Positions 1 through 6,897 of a stretch of 14,582 nucleotides of DNA are shown in pieces (the stretch's first letter is position 1; each line of letters starts with the position of its first letter). The notes under the pieces were generated by a model, which saw only the letters and a list, made by a program, of their open reading frames with translations, searched no databases and was not told the DNA's origin. Origin of the DNA: Candidatus Hadarchaeota archaeon (GTDB lineage: Archaea > Hadarchaeota > Hadarchaeia > Hadarchaeales > Hadarchaeaceae); contig JBFMBF010000027.1 of the NCBI GenBank assembly GCA_040755315.1, positions 1 to 14,582 on the forward strand, read 5' to 3'. The position numbers and the translations under genes are program-made.

Positions 1-150
1 TAAAGCTGAGCCCAAAAGAAGCCCCGCCGCCAGAGGGCTCACCAAATTCATGGCGTGGCCGATTTTCTTTTCCCTGAACGTGAAGAAAAGCAGCCCGAGG
101 AAGGAGGTGGCCGTCACGATGGCAGCCGCAAGGATTGTTGGAACCAGCAT
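1..150 (-). CDS. ZIP-family divalent metal (zinc) transporter, N-terminal part; continues beyond the window's left edge
   Basis: Not in the ORF track. Manual translation from ATG at 150 gives MLVPTILAAAIVTATSFLGLLFFTFREKKIGHAMNLVSPLAAGLLLGSAL, matching the ZIP TM1-TM2 pattern (AAGxLLGxA). The start is 1 nt after the TraB stop. Confidence 0.7.
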   Translation of the reverse strand, partial: MLVPTILAAAIVTATSFLGLLFFTFREKKIGHAMNLVSPLAAGLLLGSAL

Positions 151-151
151 T

Positions 152-841
152 TCATCCCGACCTGTACTCCAGCTTTACTCCCCATCCACCAACTGCTTCT
201 TCCAAGAGTTTATAGATTCCGGGGACATGGCCGGCCCCGACCACGCAGACTACTTTCCCGGAGTTCATGAGATGGATGAGCCTTGACGCCATGTACGCGT
301 CCCTCTCTGAAATTAGGACTTTGTGTGTTTCTGGGGAAATATTCCTGAACTCGTGGAGAAGGAAATCCACCACCTCATCCTCAGTCAGGCGGTCGAGTTT
401 TGGCCGGCCCTGGAATGGGAAAAAGCTGATCAAAAGGTTGGCGAAAACCCTCGCCTTTTCTCCCAGCGGGACAGCCTCGTTCAGTCTCCTGAGGGTGACG
501 CCTATCTCCCGGTCGACAAGCTCGACCCTCGCCCCGACCTCCCTCGCGGCCTTGATGGCCTCAAGCATCTCCACCCCGGCCGGCATGCCCGTCTGCCTTG
601 AGAACCTTGACTGGATCAGGTACATTATCACGCTTAGGATGGAAAGCCTCATTCCGGCCCGCAGGTTTTTCACGGTTTGCTGCTGTTCTCCCTGGAGCAG
701 GGCGAGGTACCTGGCCGCGTCCAGCTCCACGGCGACTATGTCCGGGCGCTCCCTCACAATGGTTTCTCTGGCGTCTTCAATGCTTTGTGGAAGCACGTGG
801 GCCACGCCAAGCAAGAAAAAACTGTTCCCGATCTTCCTCAT
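152..841 (-). CDS. TraB/PrgY/GumN-domain protein
   Basis: Family motifs LLGVAHV, VAVELD, GVEM..A, VDR, LISERDAYMA and VVGAGHVPGI. ATG at 841 overlaps the upstream stop (TGATG coupling); TTG at 844 is an alternative start. Confidence 0.9.
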   Translation of the reverse strand: MRKIGNSFFLLGVAHVLPQSIEDARETIVRERPDIVAVELDAARYLALLQGEQQQTVKNLRAGMRLSILSVIMYLIQSRFSRQTGMPAGVEMLEAIKAAREVGARVELVDREIGVTLRRLNEAVPLGEKARVFANLLISFFPFQGRPKLDRLTEDEVVDFLLHEFRNISPETHKVLISERDAYMASRLIHLMNSGKVVCVVGAGHVPGIYKLLEEAVGGWGVKLEYRSG

Positions 842-1500
842 CAATCTTTCTCCTCCACCCGGTACACCAGAAGGAGGTCCCTGCCCACGCGCCCGACGCG
901 GAGAAGTCTAAGTCTCCTGCTCACGCCGATACTTCGGAAGCCTTCGCCCCCCACCAGGGACTTTGCCTTGGTCCCCCCGGCAAGGAAAGGAGCCACGGCG
1001 ACCATGATCTCGTCCACGACGCCGGCCCTAATCATGCCCCAGTTCAGGGTGGAGCCCCCCTCAAGCAAAAGTTTTCTGACGCCCATTGAGTGGAGCCTTC
1101 CGAGCAGCTCTCTGAGATTCACATCGTTTTTCCCGCAAACGATCACTTCGGCCCCGGCGGCCCTCAGCTTCTCTATCTTTTTTCGATTTGCCCGCCCGGA
1201 TACGGCCACTATTGTTTTTGCCCCCCGGCCGAGCACTTTCGCTTTCAGCGGAGTCCTCGCCCCGCCGTCGACCACGACTCTTGTGGGGTTTCTTCCTTTC
1301 ACTATCCTGACCGTGAGAGTGGGGTCGTCCGCCAGCACAGTCCCCACGCCAACCATCACGGCGTCGGCCTCCGCCCTCAGCTTGTGGAGCCTCTCCAGGT
1401 CCTCCCTGCAGGATATCTTGCTGTCGCCGGCGGCCGTGGCTATCTTGCCATCAAGGGTCATGGCGGCGTTCAGGATCACGTAAGGTCTCGGCATGTTCAT
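841..1500 (-). CDS. arfC: 2,5-diamino-6-(ribosylamino)-4(3H)-pyrimidinone 5'-phosphate reductase (archaeal RibD_C/Rib7-type, riboflavin pathway)
   Basis: Motifs RPYVILNAAMTLDGKIA, LRAEADAVMVGVGTVLADDP.LTVR, P.RVVVD and LLLEGGSTLN. Start placed at ATG 1500 (or 1494) after a GGTGG SD; the ORF-track extension to 1602 runs into the tRNA. Confidence 0.92.
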   Translation of the reverse strand: MNMPRPYVILNAAMTLDGKIATAAGDSKISCREDLERLHKLRAEADAVMVGVGTVLADDPTLTVRIVKGRNPTRVVVDGGARTPLKAKVLGRGAKTIVAVSGRANRKKIEKLRAAGAEVIVCGKNDVNLRELLGRLHSMGVRKLLLEGGSTLNWGMIRAGVVDEIMVAVAPFLAGGTKAKSLVGGEGFRSIGVSRRLRLLRVGRVGRDLLLVYRVEEKD

Positions 1501-1541
1501 GAGAAATCCACCTCGGGGCTTTAATTGTTGTGGAGTTGAGG

Positions 1542-1636
1542 GGCCAGGGCCGGGAATTTCACGCGGGTCAACCGCGATTTGAACCCGGGCTACGGGATCC
1601 ACAGTCCCGGATGCTAACCGCTACACTACCCTGGCC
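1542..1636 (-). tRNA. tRNA-His(GUG) with genomic G-1 and a 22-nt intron at position 59/60 (intron 1556-1577)
   Basis: Minus strand reads G GCCAGGG TA GTGTAGCGGTTAGCAT C CGGGA CT GTG GA TCCCG TAGC CCGGG TTCAAA[TCGCGGTTGACCCGCGTGAAAT]T CCCGG CCCTGGC C. The G-1:C73 His identity pair is present and CCA is not encoded. Confidence 0.93.
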
Positions 1637-1794
1637 ACGTGAGAAAATAGACTGCGCCCAATTTAGCCTTCTCGGTTGGAGTGTCTTCACAATCCCAAAT
1701 CAGCAGCCCGAACATCCTTTTCTGGCCTTTTTTGTTTTAGCCATTTTCGCACCAAATTGGTTTTTCTTTGAATGTAAAAATCTTTTGGGCACTG

Positions 1795-2004
1795 CTATCT
1801 GGCGCCGAGTTCTTTCAGGAGGCGATTGGTCCGTTCTTTCCCCAGCAGATCCACCAGCTCCCCCCTTGACCTCTCGTCGAACCTCTGGAGCAGCTCCCTC
1901 ACCCGCTCAAGCTGCCCTGGAGCCAGGTCCCCGGCCGCCCTCTCAAGAGCCCTCCTCCTCCCCTTGAGCAAGTCCTCTGGCCTCAGCACCGCGCCCAAAC
2001 GCAT
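1795..2004 (-). CDS. small hypothetical protein, predicted helical (69 aa)
   Basis: ORF with a GAGGT SD overlapping the upstream stop; packed operon-style with 2008-2184 and 2217-2471. Confidence 0.65.
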   Translation of the reverse strand: MRLGAVLRPEDLLKGRRRALERAAGDLAPGQLERVRELLQRFDERSRGELVDLLGKERTNRLLKELGAR

Positions 2005-2007
2005 ACC

Positions 2008-2184
2008 TCAAATCCGCAATCGCTTGCGCTTTTTCTTCTTGTAGATGAGGTAGCCGGCCGCCGCCCCAGCCGCGATCCCCGCCCCGGCCAGCGCGGCCTT
2101 CTTCCTCCTGGACATCCCGGGCTTCTTCACCGGCGCAGGTTTGGCCGCGCGCTTTTTTGCCGTCTTTGGTTTCTGTTTAGCCAT
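2008..2184 (-). CDS. small, highly basic protein with one Ala/Gly-rich hydrophobic segment (58 aa)
   Basis: MAKQKPKTAKKRAAKPAPVKKPGMSRRKK-AALAGAGIAAGAAAGYLIY-KKKKRKRLRI. ATG at 2184 follows GGGG; the ORF track uses 2211. Confidence 0.65.
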   Translation of the reverse strand: MAKQKPKTAKKRAAKPAPVKKPGMSRRKKAALAGAGIAAGAAAGYLIYKKKKRKRLRI

Positions 2185-2216
2185 ATCAATCCCCATTATA
2201 TGTTGTACCACATCGT

Positions 2217-2471
2217 TTATGTCCTTGTCGCCGCCCCGCCCTCGAGCGATTTCAGGACCTTTTCCAGGCGCGCAAGCATCTCCTTCTTCAGCCCTATGAA
2301 CACGCCGCCATCCTTCCCGCTGGCGTAAGTGGCCTCGCCCGGCCTGATTATCTCGTTCAGCAGAGGCGACTCTATGTCAATGTGCGGGATTTTAGAGCGG
2401 GTGGCCGGGTCGCGCTTGTGGATGTAAACCTTCGCCGAAATCTCGACCTTGCTTTTAGCCGGTCCGGTCAT
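2217..2471 (-). CDS. hypothetical protein (84 aa)
   Basis: Protein-like composition (HIDIESP..N.II.PGE.TY..GK.GGVFIGLKKEM) and a GGTGA SD before the ATG. Confidence 0.7.
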   Translation of the reverse strand: MTGPAKSKVEISAKVYIHKRDPATRSKIPHIDIESPLLNEIIRPGEATYASGKDGGVFIGLKKEMLARLEKVLKSLEGGAATRT

Positions 2472-2537
2472 TTCACCAAACTCTCTTGTTTTGCAGTTGT
2501 ATTAAATGGAGCAAGACAAATGATTATTGGCGGGAGA

Positions 2538-3206
2538 ATGGAGACCTCGGAAAGTTTTGAGGAGAAAAAGCCGTTCCCAGGCAGAAGTCTTCTGTCGGTA
2601 CTGGTCATTGTCGCAGTGGCTGCTGCCGCGGCATATTTACTTACGCGGCCTGGAGGCCCGCTCGGCGGGACGGGCGACAACACAGGCACAGGAGGCGGGA
2701 GCGGTGGAGACAACGGGGCCGGAGACCAAGTTGCGGAGAACTTGATCGACATAACCCTTTCAGAAGCCGTGACGCGGGCCAAGAGCGATGCAACATACCG
2801 GGGTTACTCAGATGCAGAGCTGACCTACCAAGTGTCAGGCGGAAGCTTCGCGCGCGACGGCAAGGCGAGGTGGAACCTGCAGCTCTACTCCCCAAGCGAT
2901 AACTCAATCATATCCTACATCAGTACCGGGTTTGAGAGCATAACCGAGAACAGCTCGGCGGATACTCTCACGGTATGGGCGGACTCCTCGCAGGTGGCCT
3001 CCAAGAACCAGGAAGTCTGGGACTTTGCTGATTCCAAGCAGAACGCCTCGGTGAGCATACTGGTGGACACATTCATGGGACCCGTCGACCCCTACAGGGG
3101 CCTGAAGACCTGGAGGGTCAACGTCAGCCATGGCCCGCCTGAGGCGCGCGAGAGCTCTCAGTGGTGGATGGACATAGCAACCGGCCAGAAGATTTACAAC
3201 ACGTGA
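2538..3206 (+). CDS. membrane-anchored extracellular hypothetical protein
   Basis: N-terminal TM (LLSVLVIVAVAAAAAYLL), a Gly-rich linker, then a globular domain ending in a PepSY-like WWMDIATGQ. Start at ATG 2538 after GGGAG; 2520 is an alternative. Confidence 0.8.
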   Translation: METSESFEEKKPFPGRSLLSVLVIVAVAAAAAYLLTRPGGPLGGTGDNTGTGGGSGGDNGAGDQVAENLIDITLSEAVTRAKSDATYRGYSDAELTYQVSGGSFARDGKARWNLQLYSPSDNSIISYISTGFESITENSSADTLTVWADSSQVASKNQEVWDFADSKQNASVSILVDTFMGPVDPYRGLKTWRVNVSHGPPEARESSQWWMDIATGQKIYNT

Positions 3207-3215
3207 ATAGCTGCC

Positions 3216-3599
3216 CTACCCAAGCTCCACGGCTGAAGCATCCGCGTCGACGGTCAGCTTGTCTCCGCTTTTGATTTTGTCTATGTCGATTTTGTCGACG
3301 CACGGAATGCCTGCAAGGATGACTCCCGTCGCCACTATTGTCTCGGTCTCCCTGTTGACTATCGCGGCCGGGGCGACGCCGTTCTTCTTCAAGCCGTAGA
3401 TCACGTAGGAGCCGACCGTGGAGCCTTTGCCGTTCGGGAAGACCAGTACCCTGTCCTTCACGCACTGTCCTTCCAGCTCGTGGCCTTTCTCTATCACCAC
3501 GCCGGTCTTTGGGTCTATCCCTCCGTAGAAGCTGAGCGGTGCCCTTGAGACCAGGGCTTCCCCGCGGGCCTTGCCTGGGCTTATCATCCTTCCTTTCAT
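3216..3599 (-). CDS. DUF126 / AcnX swiveling-domain protein (phosphomevalonate dehydratase small-subunit family)
   Basis: Motifs G.A.GEALVS..PLSFYGGIDP.TG, H.L.GQ.V..RVLVFP.GKGSTVGSY and APAAIVN..ETIVATG.I.AGIP.VD. Confidence 0.9.
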   Translation of the reverse strand: MKGRMISPGKARGEALVSRAPLSFYGGIDPKTGVVIEKGHELEGQCVKDRVLVFPNGKGSTVGSYVIYGLKKNGVAPAAIVNRETETIVATGVILAGIPCVDKIDIDKIKSGDKLTVDADASAVELG

Positions 3600-3753
3600 G
3601 TCGATGCCGTCCGAATGCAATTCATTCGCGAATCCTTTTTAACATGCTGGTCCATAAGATTGGATTTGAGGCGAGTCCAGGGAGGTTGATGATACGAAGG
3701 CTGGACATGAGCAGCGCAGAGGCGGGAAGTCCACCGTATCGCTTTTAAGAACA

Positions 3754-6700
3754 TTGTTGCTGGCGGTTGCCCCGATTGTTTTGGTTCTTTTGTTCAGCCC
3801 ACAGGCGGCCGCGTACACTCAACGGGGGCCAATCTACATAGAGAACGATAATTTTTTCAACTTGGATAACGGCGTCAACGGCGGCGGCGCAGGGACGGCG
3901 GGCGACCCCTACATCATCGAGAACTGGGCCATCAGCGCCGCGTCCGCCCACGGGATACGGGTCGAAAACGTAACAAAATCCTATGTAATCAGGAACGTTT
4001 TGGTCGAGAATGGCAGCACATATTACGGAATTTATTTAGATAACGGAATTTATTTAGATAATGAGAACGGGAACGGGAATGCACAGGTTCTAAACTCGGT
4101 TCTTGAAAACAACAAAACGGGGATTTACTCAAGCGTTAAAAACGTGATTATCGCAGGCAACACGGTCGAAAACGCGGCCGGAAGCATCGATAACTGCGCG
4201 TACAGTATACGCCTCGGAGGTGCGGTCAGTGGCAGCGCAATCGAGAACAACCGCATAAAAAAAGTCTATGGAGGAGTATATGTCGTATCCAGTTCTTCTG
4301 TCACGGTGAAAAACAACGTTATTGAAAATGTAGTGAACGGAGACCCGAACGGGAGCGGTATCACACTTGCTTCATCGCATAACAATTATGTTGGCGGGAA
4401 TGTGGTGTCGCGTGCTGGGTTCGGTATTTGGCTCTGGAGTTCAAACCACAACGTAGTTGAAAACAATGCAATTGAAAATGGCTGGGACAAGGGAATTAAC
4501 GTGAGCAACGGTTCAGACAATAACACGATAAAAAACAACACGATAAAAAATATTTCCACAAATTTTGGAGGCGTTAGAATACTTGGCGCCACGAAAGTTT
4601 TTGTCTTGAATAACTTGATCGATAATACAGGATACGGAATTACACAGGAAAGCGCGTGGTCCAACCCAACAATCGAAAACAACACTATTAAAAACTGCAC
4701 TTATTATGGCATCTACAACACAGAACCGAGCGAACAGATAATAAAGCTGAACAGGATCGAAAACAACAATACAGGGATATACTGGGCGGCAATAAGCGAG
4801 AACAGTACTGTGTTCATGAACTGGTTCATCGGAAACAATAATCATGTGGCCCCATACAACATCAATTCTATAAAGTGGGACAACGACGGGAAAGGAAACT
4901 GGTGGGACAACTGGCAGCCGCCGGCCAAGCCTGACAGCAACGGAGACGGCATCATCGATCAACCGTATGGTCCAATGGCCGGGGGCGATAATTACGACAA
5001 CTACCCGCTCGCGTTTTTGAGCCCGCCAGGGTTGCTCACGCCCGGCGATAGCGAAAACGTGCAGGCGCCATTTGTGGTGTTCGACTGGTCGGACGTCGGC
5101 GCCGAAAACGACCCGTATCCTCCAGTAACATACACTCTACAAGTGATAGGTGTGGAGAATTTCAGTGGCTTGATGGGTTCTTCTTACACAGCTTCTTTGC
5201 CCAGCGGCTTTTACACATGGCGCGTGAAGGCGGTTGACAACAAAAGCTATGAAAGCGCCTGGTCGGAAAACAGGTCGTTCAGTTTCCTGTCACTGCACCT
5301 TGTAGAAACTTGGAGCGGGAACGTGGCGACCGCCGCAGATTGGTTGTTTGTGGAAGTCTGGATAGGCACTGTCAACACGCCGTCCCCACCTCCCCCGCCT
5401 TCAGGGCCGTCCTACACTCCGCCGCCAGCAGACGTTACTCCGCCAAAACTTGAAGTGCTAGATCCAACAGGTGAGAACGTCTGTGAAAATTTAGCCATCA
5501 AGGTGAAGGCCACGGACTCGACCGGCATAGATCCCACCTCCATTTCTGTAACACTTGATAACATCCAAGTTCCGCATACTTGGGAAGGTGGGATAATCAC
5601 TGCCAACCTTTCAGGACTGAACCTTGGGCCGCATCTGGTGGTGGTGAAAGTCAAGGACTCCTCGAGCAACCACAACGAAAACAGCTTGGGGATTTCTTTC
5701 CAAGTTGTTGCCGCAGCCGAGAATGCGGAAATCTTTGTCAAGGCGACGGGAGTCATGAGCGTCCAAGTAGGCGCCGTCACGGCAGGCGAAAACATGTCGG
5801 TTGTTTTTGGCGAGAACCTTCCCATAACTAGCATGAGCTTGGCAATCGGGGAGAATACAGAAGAAAACGAAGCGGAAAACATCGTGGTTTCGTTTCAGGT
5901 GTTTGGGGCAGGCGGTCCGCAGGGAGTAGTCCTTGTGGGCAACGCGAAAGTTTACACATACATTGACATCTCAGTGACGGCTTCAGGCAACTGCTCGCTC
6001 TCTGCAACGATAAATTTCAAAGTCGCAAAGGCCTGGATGGAGTCTAATGGAGTCGACAAGTTAGCGGTCGTAATGTACCGTATGTGTTCAGAAGAATGGT
6101 CGGAGCTGCAGACAAGAATCGAAGGCGAAGACAACTACAATGTATTTTACTCGGCCAGGTCACCTGGTTTTTCTAACTTTGCCATCGGCGCGAAGTCGCT
6201 CTCCCCGGTGTTTTGCCTGCAGCTGCCGTCAAAATCCATAACCGTCGAAGGCGGATATTTGCAATTGACAATATTGGTGGACAATCCGTACTCAAGCCAG
6301 ATTCTGAAACTCCTTGAGTTGAGGGTTGGCAACTACTCCAGCAGGATAGACATCAGCACCCAGCCCCAAGGCAACACTCCGGTAGTTGTCCAAATACTGG
6401 TTGAAGGAATTCAATCTGGGACTTACGCAGTAGGGCTCTACGATGCCGAAACTGGGGAGATGCTTGACAATGGTGTGATAACGCTTCTGGGTATGGATGG
6501 GCAGCCTGAAGCCCCCGCCCTCCTAACGCCGCAAGCGCTGCCAACGCTCTTGCTGGCAGGAACAATTTTCGGGGCCGCCGCCAGTGTCGCGATTCTTCAC
6601 TATTTTGGAAAGACGCCGAAGTTGCGAACGTTCGCACCCAAGAAGGCGAGGATGAAAAGCCTCGCCAGCGAAGCGCCAGCGGCGGAGGCAGAGTCCCACA

Positions 6701-6879
6701 TACTGCGGAAGTATGAAGAGCTGCTTGTCCCCGTCGTACGTGATGTTCCTGAAGAGAGCCCGGTGATCCAGGAGTACTTCAACCTGCTTCTGCCGGCCGC
6801 CATGGAGATGGCGGAAAAGGAAAAGATGGGGCACATTGGGAATGCCGTGAAGCCCCACTGGAAAAAATCGGAGAGATAG
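3754..6879 (+). CDS. large cell-surface protein: signal peptide, right-handed beta-helix (NosD/CASH-like), FN3-like domain, Pro-rich linker, Ig-like domain, PGF-pre-PGF domain, TM helix and cytoplasmic tail
   Basis: Signal peptide ends PQAAA. There is a G.GT.GDPYIIE.W.I start, many N..I..N/GI repeats, the GNWWDNW...D.NGDGIID.PY cap, G.YTWRVKAVD, PSPPPPPSGP, DVTPPKL, A.I.FKV.KAW...A.SPGFS.FAI and a C-proximal hydrophobic helix. The start codon is uncertain. Confidence 0.88.
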   Translation: MLLAVAPIVLVLLFSPQAAAYTQRGPIYIENDNFFNLDNGVNGGGAGTAGDPYIIENWAISAASAHGIRVENVTKSYVIRNVLVENGSTYYGIYLDNGIYLDNENGNGNAQVLNSVLENNKTGIYSSVKNVIIAGNTVENAAGSIDNCAYSIRLGGAVSGSAIENNRIKKVYGGVYVVSSSSVTVKNNVIENVVNGDPNGSGITLASSHNNYVGGNVVSRAGFGIWLWSSNHNVVENNAIENGWDKGINVSNGSDNNTIKNNTIKNISTNFGGVRILGATKVFVLNNLIDNTGYGITQESAWSNPTIENNTIKNCTYYGIYNTEPSEQIIKLNRIENNNTGIYWAAISENSTVFMNWFIGNNNHVAPYNINSIKWDNDGKGNWWDNWQPPAKPDSNGDGIIDQPYGPMAGGDNYDNYPLAFLSPPGLLTPGDSENVQAPFVVFDWSDVGAENDPYPPVTYTLQVIGVENFSGLMGSSYTASLPSGFYTWRVKAVDNKSYESAWSENRSFSFLSLHLVETWSGNVATAADWLFVEVWIGTVNTPSPPPPPSGPSYTPPPADVTPPKLEVLDPTGENVCENLAIKVKATDSTGIDPTSISVTLDNIQVPHTWEGGIITANLSGLNLGPHLVVVKVKDSSSNHNENSLGISFQVVAAAENAEIFVKATGVMSVQVGAVTAGENMSVVFGENLPITSMSLAIGENTEENEAENIVVSFQVFGAGGPQGVVLVGNAKVYTYIDISVTASGNCSLSATINFKVAKAWMESNGVDKLAVVMYRMCSEEWSELQTRIEGEDNYNVFYSARSPGFSNFAIGAKSLSPVFCLQLPSKSITVEGGYLQLTILVDNPYSSQILKLLELRVGNYSSRIDISTQPQGNTPVVVQILVEGIQSGTYAVGLYDAETGEMLDNGVITLLGMDGQPEAPALLTPQALPTLLLAGTIFGAAASVAILHYFGKTPKLRTFAPKKARMKSLASEAPAAEAESHILRKYEELLVPVVRDVPEESPVIQEYFNLLLPAAMEMAEKEKMGHIGNAVKPHWKKSER
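4025..4060 (+). repeat. perfect 18-bp in-frame tandem duplication (GIYLDN twice)
   Basis: ACGGAATTTATTTAGATA at 4025-4042 and 4043-4060. Confidence 0.9.
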
Positions 6880-6897
6880 TTTTGCCGCGCTTCTGGC

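Noticed and set aside
1501..1602. N-terminal extension of arfC in the ORF track
   Set aside because: It overlaps tRNA-His; the family-like sequence and the SD point to a start at 1500 or 1494.
50..1967. Plus-strand ORFs over the ZIP, TraB, arfC and tRNA-His region
   Set aside because: They overlap well-supported minus-strand genes and give unnatural translations.
3960..5010. Diversity-generating retroelement target in the AAC-rich surface gene
   Set aside because: No template/variable repeat pair and no reverse transcriptase in the window; Asn richness is intrinsic to beta-helix repeats.
5133..5139. CACTCTA as the complementary leader for the tRNA 5' half
   Set aside because: It lies within the surface-protein CDS and is not followed by any tRNA 3'-half sequence.
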